Shown here piece after piece: positions 23,905-37,624 of a DNA stretch of 64,000 nucleotides (within the stretch, counting starts at the first letter, position 1; each line of letters opens with the position of its first letter). The DNA comes from Octopus sinensis (lineage: Eukaryota). The notes beneath the pieces are model-generated. The model did not search any database. It saw nothing but the letters and a program-made list of their open reading frames with translations, and had not been told where the DNA came from. The stretch is taken from positions 52,328,001-52,392,000 of the forward strand of contig NC_043003.1 in NCBI RefSeq assembly GCF_006345805.1. The letters run 5' to 3'. The translations under genes and the position numbers were made by a program.

Positions 23905-24993
23905 CAGGGTACGGTGGGGAGACTATCGCCCTGGCAGAAACGTTAGCACGCCGGGTTAAATGCGTAGCCGTTTTTCGTCTGCCGTTACGTTCTGGGTTCA
24001 AATTCCGCCGAGGTCGACTTTGCCTTTCATCCTTTCGGGGTCGATAAATTAAGTACCAGTTACGCACTGGGGTTGATGTAATCGACTTAATCCGTTTGTC
24101 TGTCCTTGTTTGTCCCCTCTGTGTTTAGCCCCTTGTGGGTAGTAAAGAAATATATATTTTTAATTACGCGCATGCGCATTGTTTTATTTGATTTTGTCGA
24201 CTACACAGTATGGCAAGTTCTTAGTTGAGCACCGTCTGTGAGAAAAACAACACTATGGCGCAATTCACTCTGCCAGGAATTTGGAAACAACATGCTGTAC
24301 TGCTTGGCATTCGCGCCGGAAGCTCCAATACGAACATTTCAGGGTGTTTGGGTGTCAGTCTGAGAACAGTGCAATCTGAGGACATGTACTGAGAATGATA
24401 AAAATCAAACATCCAGTCAACACCGTTGTGTTTGGAGTTGATCACTAGTGATGGCGACGTTATGCCCCCATTCATCTTCTCACACGACCTCACAACACGG
24501 AGGCCTATATCAAGTGCCTGGGGAAGGTAGTGCTGTTCTGGGTCAAGAGGGTGGCTGCTGGAAGACCCTAATTCTGGCAACAGGACTCTGCACCATGTCA
24601 CACAGGCAGGAGAACCCAGTAATGGCTATCAAATAATTTCTGCGACCACATCACCCCTAACATCTGGCCACCCAACTCTCCAGACTACAACCCCTTTGAT
24701 TATTATGCGTGGGGCGCAGTTGAGCAAAAGATCAAAAATACTTGTAATACCAAAGACGAAGTGAAGACAAGGATTATGGCAGCATTCACCAATTTAAACA
24801 GAAGAGTTGCAGGAGATTCCGAAGTTGTCTGGAGGCCGTGGTTAAATCCAATGGCGATTTTATTGAATAAATTTACTCCTTAGTATTTCAAGATATTTTT
24901 ATGTAATTTTGGTAATTATATCTATTAAAATGATATGTCAGTGTTATTTTCATTTTTGCGTAATTTGGACGACAGTTTATTTACCGCACCCTG
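23905..24993 (+). mobile_element. DD37D (maT) transposon, internally deleted, with SINE-A inserted at ~23930-24150
   Basis: TA-CAGGGTACGGT and ACCGCACCCTG-TA termini. Transposase remnant ...WQQDSAP...WPPNSPDYNPFDY has 37 residues between the second and third Asp (counted by hand, includes one stop). Confidence 0.85.
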
Positions 24994-25384
24994 TACATGG
25001 TATTCGCTATAATATCTTATGAATTTTAAATGGATTAATAAATATTAAACAGGCCCTGCTTTAGAGGTGAATAAATTTGAATATGTTGAACATAAAATGG
25101 CCATTTACATTTTAAAATAATTCATTTAATATTTTAAGTATATATCTTGACTGTCTCCAGAAAACCAGAAAATCCGGGACAATTCCGGTCCCAAGCTTTC
25201 CGGATAATTGGTCGGGTACTGTATATTTTATCCCCCAAGTCTCCCAAGAATTTGAAATAACAATTAAAGAAATAATTATATACAATGTTTTGAAAAAATT
25301 TATATTTATTAACAATGACACAATCGTGGCTGTGTGATTACGAAGGTTGCTTCCTAACCACATGTATGTATGTATGTATGTGTG

Positions 25385-25715
25385 AAGGCACAAGGCTCTG
25401 TGGTTAGAGCGTCGGGCTCACAACCATGAGATAGTGAGTTCTATTCCCGGACAGGGATGTGTTTTCCGTTCTTGAGGAATACAATTTATTTCACGTTGCT
25501 CCAGTCCACTAAGCTGTAGAAATGAGTTGTGACGTCACTGGCGCCAAACTGTATCAGCCTTTGCCTTTCCCTTGGATAACATCGGTGGTGTGGAGTGGAG
25601 AGGCTGGCATGCATTGGCGACTGCTGGTCTTCCATAAATAACTTAGCCCGGACTTGTGCTTCGACGGGAAACTTTCTAGGTGCAATTCCATGGTCATTCA
25701 TGACCGAGGTGGGTG
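25385..25715 (+). mobile_element. SINE family C copy
   Basis: Head GGCACAAGGCTCTGTGGTTAGAGCGTCGGGC; same core and tail as 62419. Confidence 0.8.
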
Positions 25716-25724
25716 GGGCTTTAT

Positions 25725-25965
25725 CTATGTATGTATGTATGTATGTATGTATGTATGTATGTATGTATGTATGTATGTATGTATGTATGTATGTATGTAT
25801 GTATACATGCATGTATGTCTGTAGGTATGTATGTATGTATGCATGTATGTGTATGCATATATGTGTGAGTGTGTGTGTGTGTGTGTGTGTGGTGTGTGTG
25901 TGTGTGCATGTGTGCGCGCGCGCGCGCGTGTGTATGTATATATGCATGCAAGTATGTATGTATGT
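25725..25965. repeat. (TATG)n/(GT)n microsatellite
   Basis: Directly visible. Confidence 0.95.
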
Positions 25966-26758
25966 CATTATTCAGTTTTATTTCAAGATTTCTTACCAAT
26001 ACAGAAAAAGCCGGTTTCTAATCTAGAGCCAAGGCTCCTTTATTGGAATTTTAGCAACATCGACTGGGTATTTATGTATATATGTATATATGTATGTATG
26101 CATGCATGTATGTACGTATGCAGTATTTGGAGTTAGTGCATGTGCAGATTTATATGTTTTGTTTTATGTATGTATTTTCATAAATGTAGCTGCGTGTCTA
26201 GACACGCTCATATATACTGAAATGATAAATTTCTGGAAAGTTTTACAGATGTTTACAGTTCCAGTGATAGCTTGGATCTGCAGTCTTTGAATCAACTTTC
26301 TCCTTTCTGGTTTTGAGAAGCCTAATTTCTCAAGATTGGTATTCAAACAGTGTGTTGCATGTCCCAGTGCTCTAATAATTACAGGTATAAACTTAGAACT
26401 TTTAATCTGGGTAGAGTAACTGTAAATCTTTTCACAGGTATTTCTTTTTTCGCTGATCTTTAGCTTAATATTAAGATCCGCTGGGCAGCTGATTTCCGCA
26501 ACTGTACACAGTTTCTCTTTATCCCAAATCATTTATTCTTTTACTATTTTATTTGTTTCAGTCATTTGACTGTGGCCATGCTGGAGCACCCCTTTAGTCG
26601 AGTAAATCGACCCCAGGACTTATTCTTTGTAAGCCTAATACTTATTCTATCGGCTCATTTGCCGAACCGCTAAGTTACGAGGACATAAACACATCACCAT
26701 CGGTTGTCAAGCGATGTGGGTGGACAAACACAGACACACAAACATACACACACACACA

Positions 26759-26839
<81 letters not shown>

Positions 26840-27900
26840 TATATATATATACACACACACACACATACACATACATGTGTACAACGGGTTTCTTTCAGTT
26901 TCCGTCTACCAAATCCACTCACAAGGCTTTGGTCGGCCCGAGGCTAGCAGAAGACACTTGCCCAATGTGCCATGCAGTAGGACTGAACCCGGAACCATGT
27001 GGTTGGTAAGCAAGCTACTTACCACCCACCCACCCACTCCTACACTGCTATGTTTACATTTTAATGAGATTTTTACTGGGGTATTCCATTAGTACTCCTT
27101 ATGAGTGGCTATGTGTCCCACCACACTGTGGGTTTTTATTTCACTGGCCTCAGAGTTATCCTTCGGACGGATCTCATTATACAGTGCCTTAGCTACATCA
27201 TGTCTCATCGGTAGACAATACTGTGTGTTATTTTCGGACAACTGCTTATGACGTGGGTGTTATCTTCAATGTTAACCCCATAAAGACTGCATCGGTTGTC
27301 ACATTTTGCTGGTTTTCCTGTGTCTCTGTCTCTTTTGTGCATCAGGTTGATATTTCCTGTTTCAGGATTGCAAACGCATACCCTTCAAAATGGAAGTTAG
27401 TAAACTGGTTGTTGGTCCATGATAGACTGCTTTGATGATCAATGTTAGTATCATCCTGGAGCTTACTGCTAACATATCCATGCATTGTCTTCTGCTGATA
27501 TACGCCCACCCTTTCATCTGATGATATGCTGCGACAGAGTTGTACGACTTCTTTGGGCTTGTGTTTAAAGTTTTTAGACAAAGAATGCTGCTCAAAGAGC
27601 TGCTTTCCAAGTCTTATGTTATTAGCCTTATTTATACAAACTTGGTCAAGGGATGCACTTCGACACTTGGTGGTTAAAAGATGTCGAAAAGATATGATAC
27701 GACATTCAAAGGCAGTCTGGATCGATATTAAGCCTCTGCCGCTTTGTTTTCGTTTTAGGTAGATAGGTCTACGTCACTGTTGATGCGGAAATTATGTGTG
27801 CTGGTTAGTATCTTCTGGATTTTCGTATCAATGGCTCGGATCTCATCAAGCGTCGAGTCAAGTAGCCCAAATGTTGGTATGAATACTGGCACTGCAAACA
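25966..27900 (-). mobile_element. R4-like RLE LINE, 5'-truncated, interrupted by SINE-B (26540-27025)
   Basis: Peptides FAVPVFIPTFG...DVDLSYLKRKQSGRGLISI, KTMHGY...FEGYAFAILKQEIST, the zinc-knuckle region ...MRHDVAKALY and the RLE tail IWDKEKLCTVAEISCPAD...FIPVIIRALG...GTVNICKTF. Confidence 0.85.
26540..27025 (-). mobile_element. SINE family B copy
   Basis: Matches 2144-2540, with internal (CA)n. Confidence 0.85.
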
Positions 27901-28839
27901 TGTATGTATGTATGTATGTATGTATGTATGTATGTATGTATGTATGTATGTATGTATGATGAAATATTACTTTGCTTTGAAACGGGTTAGGGTCGCTGAC
28001 AAGAAAAGCATTTGGCGATAGAAAATCTGCTTCAATAAACTCTATCTAACCCATACAGATATAGAAAAGTGGACGTTAAAGCACTAATGATGAATGTTAT
28101 ATAACATGAACTAAATTTCCAAGGCACTTAGCCAGGTTGCTTTTGCACTGGCAATGGTGAGAGCGAGAGAGAAATCTGGATAATTTTAACTAGCTAAATT
28201 AAAAACTAACTTGTTCTCTTGCGATGACTTTATAATATTACAGAGTGGCTAAACCGAGGTTTGTGAGCCACACGTAGATGTTTGACTGTTAATATGCGGC
28301 CCTTTGACCATTAATATATGTTGCTCATGGAAATTTTCTGGCTGAGCTCTTTTTTCATCAAGTTAAATAAGAGGAAAAATAAATCAAGTTTTATGATTAA
28401 TTATTCGGTATGAGTTGATACTAGTAGTGTAGTACTGCGAGAAGAGTTTTTCTTATTTTTGTGGGAAGAAGAAACGACAGTTCCCGACAAGTTCAAATAA
28501 ACCCAAATATAAAATTGTAATGAATTTTTAAATTTCCATCCCTTCTATTTTAGTTTTGTACTATCTGGCTTTTCAATATGTTTCTCTGGATTTTCGCTAT
28601 GTTTCACTATATTTATAAGTATAAATTTATAAGGATATGATTGTTTTCATGTAGGATGTTATTTTTAACACTCTTTTTAAAAACAAGCTATAGTGTGTCA
28701 CACACACACTCGAAAGCGACAACAAATAGGAACATTTATTTGATATCTCTTCCGTTCTTTATTTTTCACTACTTACCATATTTCTCTTTTTACAATAGTC
28801 ATTGACGTATTATCCGCTTAGAGTAATATTGTACTCAAT

Positions 28840-29035
28840 AAGGCGGATTCGTTAGCACGCCGGGCAAAACGCATAGCGGCATTTCGTCCGTCTTTACGTT
28901 CTGAATTCAAATTCTGCCGAGGTCGACCTTCTTCCGGGGTTGATAAAATAAATACCAGTCAAGTACTGTGGTCGATGTAATCGACTAGCCTACGCCCCCA
29001 AAATTTCAGGCCCTGTGCCTATAATAGAAGGGACT
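28840..29035 (+). mobile_element. SINE family A copy (tail B)
   Basis: Head and core as above; tail AAATTTCAGGCCCTGTGCCTATAATAGAAG. Confidence 0.75.
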
Positions 29036-29924
29036 GATTAACTCTATATTATTTTACTTCACGATGGACTTTCCTCCCTAATACAGCAACGAGCAACAAT
29101 CAATTCTAAATGATAGTGCTAAATCTGACTGAGGTATTGTTCCTTAGTGCTAAGGGTAGGAATGGTGAGAGGCAGAGGGATAAAAAAAAATTAAGGTTAG
29201 AAAGGATTACAGAAGAATATCAAAAGACAGAAGTTAAGGAAAACAGGGTTGAAGATTTGGGTGCACAGAGGAGTTTAGCGAAGGAAGTCGCTAATGAAGA
29301 TGTCAGCACTTTAACGACTGTACTGGGTCATTAATTCAATGGTTGTATTATACCTCTAGTGCAGTAAGTGATAACAAACACTTGTATCAGTGCGTGAACA
29401 ACTTCGAATCCAAGGTTTTATTCAGGTGCATAACAAACGAATTCATACTGAGTAGACAATGTTCAATTAGGTTATCTGAGATTGACGTAAAAAGTTTCTG
29501 AACATCTTGCTAATGTTCCACGATGACAGTGAGGAAATAGGGAGGAATTCAAACTACAAAAATTACTTTCAGGCAGGCACTAGGCGTAGAATACCATAGC
29601 GAGTTACTGGTAGGAAAGAATATAGATTCCTTATGCCTGGCTCTCTTAGAGAAGAAAAGAGAGATTCAACTGGAATTCGTTCTTAAGTAGGCGATATCGC
29701 TTCTAACGTCCTCCTGTGTGTGGTTTAGCAGTTACGCCTTGTATGCTAGCAAAGGAGGAGCTAAACTCGGTTGCTTGAAATGTTCTAGAATATTCGAAAG
29801 GGGAGATAACTGTAATTGACTCACAGCTAATATATGGCGTGCGAACCTGTTTCAAATAGCATTGCCTTCAGGAGGGTTGAAACTGGCCATAGATGGTCTT
29901 CAGCATCTAACCTCGACCATTCCT

Positions 29925-30105
29925 TTCACAAGGCCTGAAATTTTGGGAGATGGAGACAGTCGATTATATCGGCCCCAGTGCTTAACTCGTGCTTATTTTA
30001 TCGCCCTCAAAAAGATTAAAAGAAAAAGTCGACCATATCAGAATTTGAACTCAGAACGTAAATTCGGATGAAATACTGCAAAGCATTTTGACCGGCGTGT
30101 TAACT
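29925..30105 (-). mobile_element. SINE family A copy (tail B)
   Basis: CACAAGGCCTGAAATTTTGGG...GAATTTGAACTCAGAACG. Confidence 0.7.
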
Positions 30106-30517
30106 TGTCATGTACATTAACGCTGTGTAATACAAGCTGCTCAGCTGTACATGCTTAGTTGTAAGATTTTGGAAACAAGTTTTGTCTGCAAGTGCTTATA
30201 TCAAATTTAAGAAGGAAGATGGCATCATCAAATTGTAAAGAAACGAACATATGATGATGAAAACAGAAATTTTAAGCCAGAGTGGGAGGAAGATTTTCGA
30301 ATTTACCTTTAAAGGAGATAGACATTTTTGCCTTATCCGCCTTATGTCAGTCATTACAAAGTCAACAACTGGAAACTCCACTATGAAACAAATCACAAAA
30401 TCTTTTTGCATAATTAACCACCTAAGAATTACGGAAAACAAGTTAATTTTGTTATAAATTGTCGCTAAATAGCCAGCATATACGGTTGACAACGTTTAGC
30501 AAAGAAGCTAAATGCAA

Positions 30518-30888
30518 ATATATAAAAGTGAGGTTGTGTGCTGTCTGTCTCCTACGATTTAGATTCCTAACTACTCCCACATTTTGCGGTGCAGTTTAAC
30601 CAAAACCGGGTATCTTATATTCGTGATTCATATCGAGCCCTTTTGGGTATTAGCGCGCGTCTACGATGAGTCTACGATTTAAAAAAAAAATTACCATCAA
30701 TTTTTCCCATTTTTAATGCATTTTTGGCATATATAAGGGAAGTAACTCTCTAAAAATTTATTATTAAATCTCAGAACGTAAAAAGCTACAGTAACACCCC
30801 CCGTTTGTGGTTAGCCATATTGAGATGGCTATTATACTTTACATCTCTAAAAATGCTTATATAGTTATTTCCCTTACAAACTGCTAGT
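30518..30888 (-). mobile_element. Helitron-like element copy 2 (internally deleted)
   Basis: Reverse complement of 21484-21997 termini and body. Confidence 0.75.
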
Positions 30889-31082
30889 TCAGATATAGAA
30901 TTTCTCAAGAATACAGATGTTGTTGCAGTATTAGTTTCAAATAATGCAAAATCTCAGCGACATATAGCACAAACACAAATTTCACGTCATACTACAGATA
31001 GGCAAATATTTTAGATCAGCGCTGATATTGCAGTTAACATGTAAACTGATTTTCTTTTACTTCAACGATTGATGAATCAACT

Positions 31083-34000
31083 GTTTTATAACATGATTTC
31101 AGTATATGTCACCTTAGTGTCGTGCACTAATAACAATATGATATACAGTATCACTAATAACAGTGTGATATACAATACCACGGAACGCGGTAGACACCAG
31201 CTGTCTCCGCTCGCTGTATTCCCAAATACTCTGCCAACAACTGTAACCAATTCAAATACAACTCTCAACGAACTATAACAACTTTTCAACAATTTCCTGC
31301 GACTCCACGAGCTCACGAACGACACCTTTCGACCTCCTGCGATTTCTCATTTCTCGCTCTCAGTCACACACGCTACTACTTATACGAGTTCGGCTAGTCC
31401 ATTCTCACAGGGGGTGTCATGATCTCGCCATAACATCTCCCTTTTGAGATTTGACTTCTGTAGGAAGTGCAACTTGTTTGTTTAATTGTAGTCTATTTTT
31501 TCATCATCCCCTCTCTCTTTTTCTTAGATTTTAATTTCCTTAGAAGTTTTAATTCTTCTTCTGCTTAGGGACTATTTCTAGTCGTTCTGTTTGTTTACGT
31601 TTTCTATTGCTGATCAACCTAGGGTCAACCTCTTTTGGCGTTGGCGTTGGAATATCGAACAAGTCATATCAAACTTCCATCGGCATTTCTTCTCTTTCTT
31701 CGATATGTCTAGTATTCAACTGGTTCAAATGTCGTTTGTGATCTCCTATTTGACCTTTTATTATGTACATCATACTGCCTATTCTCTTCGTCACTATACC
31801 GTTCTCTTAACCTTGTTTTCCATTGTTATCTATTTTGAAGTGAACTTTATTTCCCACATTAAAGTACTTTGTTGTGTTTCTTGGGTTTAATTTATCAAAA
31901 ATTTATTTTATCTTCCGGGCAAACATAAGCTATGCGGGCGATTTGCCTGAACCGGTGTTCGAATTAGGTGTTACCCTGTAAACCTTTAAGAATTGAATTA
32001 GCGCTGCATCATTGCCTAATTCATTTCCTGATTTTTTTTAGTGCTCGCTTAAGTGTGTCTACGTAGCATTCTGCTTGCTCATTTGATCTTGGCTATTACA
32101 GCGGAATAGAAATGTGATTGATTGCCTATCTCTCACAGAAATTTTAAAATTCATACCCCGAAAAACTGCGTTCCGTTATCCGATACTATGGTGTCCGGAG
32201 CAAAAAGTTCGTGAAGGAACCTTATTGCTACCTTCGAGGTTGGTTGACTGCATTTACATATCTCCAGCCACTTTGGTATTACTGTCTACTATGATCAGAT
32301 AATACGCGCCGCTTACCGGTTCAGAAAATTCATATGTAGCCTGGACCACGGACTGTCTGTCTTAGGTCACGATTAGAATTTCACCGGTGGTGACTTTGCT
32401 ACGAGAGCACAACCTCTGCAGGATTTCACCAATTGTTCAATATCACGGTCCATAGAAGGCCAATACACGTAACTCCTCATTACTGATTTCAGTCTTGAAA
32501 TCCCTGGGTGTCCCATATGAAATTCACTTAATACACGCTCTTGCACTGCGTCTAGCACCACAACTCTTTGTGTGTACATCAACACATTATCATACAGAGA
32601 AAAAATGTTTCGCATTTGAGTTACGTATATTATTTTCTTTTGCCTTCAACGTTTCTTTCATCTTTGTAATGAATTTGTCATTCCCCGATTTTAATTTTAT
32701 ATCGTGAACAGTTACTGACAGCTTCTTAATGACATTGCACAAAATATTTCTATTTCATTTTCCGCTCGCAACGCAGCAATCACGGTATCTTCGAATAGTT
32801 CCGTATTTTTTGGAATTACCCTTGATAAACAATCCGCATGGCCTAACCTCTTGGATGGTATATACTCCATATCAAAGTCCTAATTCAACATTATAATACC
32901 CCAGTGTTGTAACCTATTTGCAGTATGCGTAAGAATTCCTTTTTTTTTACCCCAAAATTGATAATAATGGTCGGTGGTCAGTTTGTAACCGAAGACTTCT
33001 ACCGTGCAAAAATATGTGAAATTTCTTCACGGCAAAAATGACCGCTAGATCTTCTTTTTCAATTTAACTATAGTTTTTCTCTGCCGCTATCTGAGAACGT
33101 GAGGCATGAACCATCGCCTTCATATTACTGTCTTTATATTTGTGTGGCATTACTGCTCCTATGTCGTATTCAGAAGCGTCAGAAGCTACAACAATCTCCG
33201 CCGCAGAATCGAAATGAGCCTGCGACAAATCCGATATTAATATGTTTTTAATATCGTCAAACGGCTCTTGACAATTATTTGACTAATTCCATTTCACATC
33301 CTTTTTTAGCAAATTATTTAGTGGAGCTCTCAATTCATTCATAATTTATATATAATTTTGATAATAATTCGGTAGACTTAGTAAAACTTGTAAGGTCGTT
33401 ATATTAATCGGAGTAGGCATATTTTTGATTGCGTCTTACCTCGACGGGTCCGGTTGTCGTTCATTCCTGTCGATAATCTGTCCTAAATACTTAATTTTAG
33501 TTAAGAAAAATTCACATTTTTCCTTACTCAGAGTGAAACCGTAATCTCTTATTTTTTCAAAAACGCATTTTACGTGCTCGACATGCTGATCACGAGATTC
33601 ATTTTTTAATTAATATATCATCAGTCTGTTAACATTGCATCCATAACCTGTTGAAAAATTGCAAGTGGGACCTTTAGACCAAATGGTAATCTTTTATATT
33701 TATATAGTTCTTCATTTGTTTTCATCGTTTGATATTTTGAGCATTCCTCATCTACTCTAATTTGTAGGTACGCATCGGAGAGATCCAGTTTCGAAAATAT
33801 CTTGCCCCCGTTTAACTTCGCAAAAATATCCTCCGGCGTAGGTAGCAAATAGTGACACGTTTTCAGACATTCATTCAAGCCAGTGATTTTGTTATTCGTT
33901 TTTAATACACACCATTGGAGCTGCCCATTTTGCATATTCCACTTTTTGGATGACTCCAATTTTCTCTAATCTCTCGAATTCTTCACCGACATGTTTTATC

Positions 34001-36145
34001 GCAGCAAACAATATCGTTCTTTTTGGTTTGAACACTGGTATTGCGTTTTCCTTAATTTCGAAACATGCTTCTGTCTTAGTACACAAACCTAATTTATCCG
34101 ACAACACTCCAGGAAAAGCATTAAAAAATGTTTTTCCTGAATTCATCTGACACGTTATTGTTACTGGAAGAACAATTATTTATGTTTTTACAGAAGAGAT
34201 TTATGGGGAGGCCCCATAAATCAAACAACTCTATCCAGTCAGTGCCGAACAAGTTTGTTGCATTTTAAAACACAAACACTTTTGCTTTGCAAGTTTTATC
34301 ACGAAATGTAAAGTCGCTTACTGTTTCGCCTTAGAAGTGTAATCTTTCACCTGTGATGCCTCGCGCACTTTTCGATGTTTTCTTTAATGTAGGTTTCCAA
34401 ATTTTTTTCCACTTGTCGGTATCGATAATTGTAAAGTCGCTTCTGTGTCTAGTTGTAGTTTCATGTTCGCGTCGTTTATTTTTATATACACACACTTTCT
34501 CTTTTGGGTGTCATCACGACTTTCCGTTGAGCAAACCTTTTTAGAACAATTTTTTCCGACCTCTTTTACTTCGCTATGCAGTGCGAACCTTTATGTCCTA
34601 TTTCTCGGCAACTAAAACATTTCCGAGTTTTAAATCGACAGTCTTTCTTGAAATGCAAACCTCCACATCCATGACATGTATTAGGTCGTAACATTCTTTT
34701 TTTTATTTAATCCTGATCGACATGTCTGTACTTGAGGGATATTTTTTCTTCAATTTTCTTTACGTCCAATCGCAAGTTGATAATTCTTTGACATTTCTCT
34801 GCTACTGCCTGCAGGGTTAAATTCTGGCCCTTCTGTTCTAGTTTTGTAAGAACCCGTGCACGCATTTCTGCATCTTTGTTTGCTGTCAAATCTTGCACAA
34901 AGATGAGGCATTTAAATGTCAGGAGATTATTCCATCAGTTTAGATTTTTCGCACATTTTATTTACGATTTCGGCATAACAGACAAAATTTTCCTCCTCTT
35001 CTTTTCTAGGTTCAAACACTCCCAGCGAGTGTTATGCAGGGAACTCTTATTGCTGAACATTTTGGATAACAATTCAATTGTTTCCTCGAAACAAATTTCA
35101 TCTGTTTTTTTTTAGGCAAGATAAAATTGCAGTATTCTTCATGTTCTGAAGGCCCCAGTTTCCGTAACAGTAGTCTCACCTTTTCATCGTCTGTCCAACA
35201 CTTGCACTCTTGTAGTTGTTGGTACAACTCCTGTTGCTGCTGTTGCTGTTGATTTTGCAACTGTAATATGTCAGCTAATAGGTCTTCAATAATTAACGAA
35301 TTTTTACTATCATAAAAAACTGTTAATGACCAACGTAAACTTCGAATCACTCGTCACCACTTCTATAAGTGGACATCCTCGTCCCTACTTTTGCAACGGG
35401 ATTACTGTATATGTCACCTTAGTGTCGTGCACTAATAATAGTGTGATATATAATACCACGGAACAGGGTAGACACCAACTGTCTCCACTTGATGTATTCC
35501 CAAATACTCTGCCAACGACTGTAACCAATCTAAAACAACTCGCAACGAACAATAACAACTTTTCAACAATTTCCTGCGACTCCACGAACACACGAACGAC
35601 ACCTTTCGACTTACTGCGATTTCTCATCTCTTCTCTGATTTTCTATTAGGCACAAAGGCCCGAACGCAGTGGGGACGGCACAAGAACAGACAGAACAATA
35701 CAAATGGGGACAAAAAAATGAAACGGATGAATGAAAATGGATTATAATTAATGAAGGTGCGATGGCTACTCGAACTCCACTCTCGAACAGTACTATTTAA
35801 CTGTTTTTATTAAAGTTTTTATATCTTTTGTTTTCTTTTGTAGAACCATGTGTGTAGTCTTTCCCAAAATATTAAAAAGCTCGCTTACGTTTTACCAGTT
35901 TCAAATCGCCATAATTCACTATGGGTCTATGTTTGCTCCGAACCACTCCTTTAATTTCGCAAATCTTTCCTTGTCCATTAATATACATTTTGTGTTTTCT
36001 GTATATTCCTCAGCCGGCAATTTCCCTCTAATCACCGATTTGAACTTGGTGAATTTTCGTTCATTGCCTGCAGTCAAACACACAACTACTTATACGAGTT
36101 CGGCTAGTCCATTCTAACAGGGGTGTCATGATTCTCGCCATAACA
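31083..36145 (-). mobile_element. Ty3/Gypsy (Mag/K02A2.6-like) LTR retrotransposon, degenerate, both LTRs present
   Basis: LTRs at 31083-31434 and 35386-36145 (the latter interrupted at ~35640-36070); PPT AAAAGGGGAGA next to 31434; PBS-like TAGGGACGAGGATG at ~35373-35386. Gag WTDDEKVRLLLRKLG, RT FSKLDLSDAYLQ...LPFGL, RNase H ASDASEY, integrase HMGHPGISRLKS...YWPSMDRDIEQLVKSC. Probable 4-bp TSD AACT (31079-31082, 36146-36149). Confidence 0.9.
35640..36070 (-). mobile_element. Short Tx1-related retroelement inserted in the Gypsy 5' LTR
   Basis: Interrupts a sequence that is continuous in the other LTR; carries an ORF remnant (ENTKCILMDKERFAKLKEWFG) and a 3' end TTCGGGCCTTTGTGCCTAATAGAAAA similar to SINE-A tail B. 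Confidence 0.5.
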
Positions 36146-37624
36146 AACTTACATACAAAACAATTAACAACTGGCGGTATTTGTTCGTTATGTCCCTTCT
36201 GAGGTAAGAGAAGAGATGTTGGGTTTGGTTGAATTAAAAGAATCGACTCATGGTGTTGATATAAAAAACGTGTGCTTGACTGAGCCTTAACAAATGCTGC
36301 TGTTCCACTGAATAAACTTATCAATGTTGCAACAGATGGAACTCCTGCAACGGTGTGGTAAATGCAGAATTAATTGCACTGAATTTGTTATTCTGATTTT
36401 CTGAATTCTGTGCATAGGATTTTAGCCACATATTTTCTATCTTTGAAATTTCTTTTACATAAAAAAGAATCCTTGATACTACTGTCCGCTATTTGCAATA
36501 AGATTTTTCTTTTTAATTCAAATGAAATGTTATCGTAAGATATTCGACTGAAATACATTTTCTTTTCACTTGAAGTTTATAACATATTACTTTTCCTTTT
36601 TCACATACATTTTGCATTAAGAAATGTAAGAACGACATTTTAAAATTTCATAAATTGAAATAATATTTTCTTAAAATGAAAATGCATACATTTCGGTTGA
36701 CAACAAAATGTGTTTTTAGGCTATATGTAGAATTACATTCATCTGTGACTCCAAAAGTGTTCTTTGGTTGGTGTTTCTAAAAGGTTTAGTAGTCAATGTA
36801 TTTATGCATTCATGTTTTCCCGAAATGCAATAGTAAGAAGTTGAAAACGAAAGTTATAAATGCCACATAGTAGCACGACTTTCAATGAATGTAAAAATGC
36901 ATACATTACAAGCAATAAAATATACATAGGGGCAAAAGAAAAAAAAAACAATGGCTACTATAAACACTATAGGCCTTAATATCCGAGATAAAGAAGAGAA
37001 TGTGCAATTTCAAAGAAAAAGAATCGATTATTCTGTTCTTTAAAAATAACTGATTGGAAACCTTAACAGAAATTACAGACTGGAACGTTGGGTTTCTCTG
37101 CATGGTCACTGAGCCTGTTAGAAATATCAGTCAAACAATATTATCGCATTACGGAGTCATTGATTAATGTCAACTTAGATATATATAAGCTGTACAGCAA
37201 GAGACTTGCTGTCATTTGGGAGAGTAAGCCTCTTACTTTACTTTTTTAAATCATAACTTTCATTTTCTATCGAAGTAAGACGAACAGAAGATTTTCATTA
37301 AATGAATTTTTTGTTTGTTATTTAACATGCGCGGTTAAGCATTTAGTGATAAACATGCGCAGAACAAAGCTTTTATATGCAGACTTCTCAGTGAAACAAA
37401 ATACTCTCAAAAAACATGCACAAAATGTGATGGTTAAAGTCAAAAATGTAACATTAATGAAAGTGAGCATTCTTTGGAAAATATATTATAAAAAGTATAT
37501 CTGTAACGTATAATGCAATAAGAAATAAAATTGTTCTCCAGGATTGCGCTCAGTTCCAGAAAATTTCGGACATTAAAACGCATGCGCTAAAGAAAGCCAA
37601 GCCAATGGTACTCTTTCAAACTAT

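Larger units (their letters stand above)
30228..36370 (+). mobile_element. Degenerate hAT (Charlie/GTF2IRD2-like) transposase, split by nested insertions
   Basis: MASSNCKE...YDDENRNFKPEWEED (30228-30505), ...TIDEST (31060-31082), then QLAVFVRYV...LGLVELKESTHGVDI...VATDGTPA (36165-36370) read as one collinear transposase. Confidence 0.75.

Noticed and set aside
24167-24180. GCGCATGCGC (NRF1-like) motif; similar words near 37580
   Set aside because: Inside a transposon or isolated, with no CpG island or TSS evidence.
35215-35260. Poly-Q run
   Set aside because: Lies in the N-terminus of the degenerate Gypsy gag, not a host gene.
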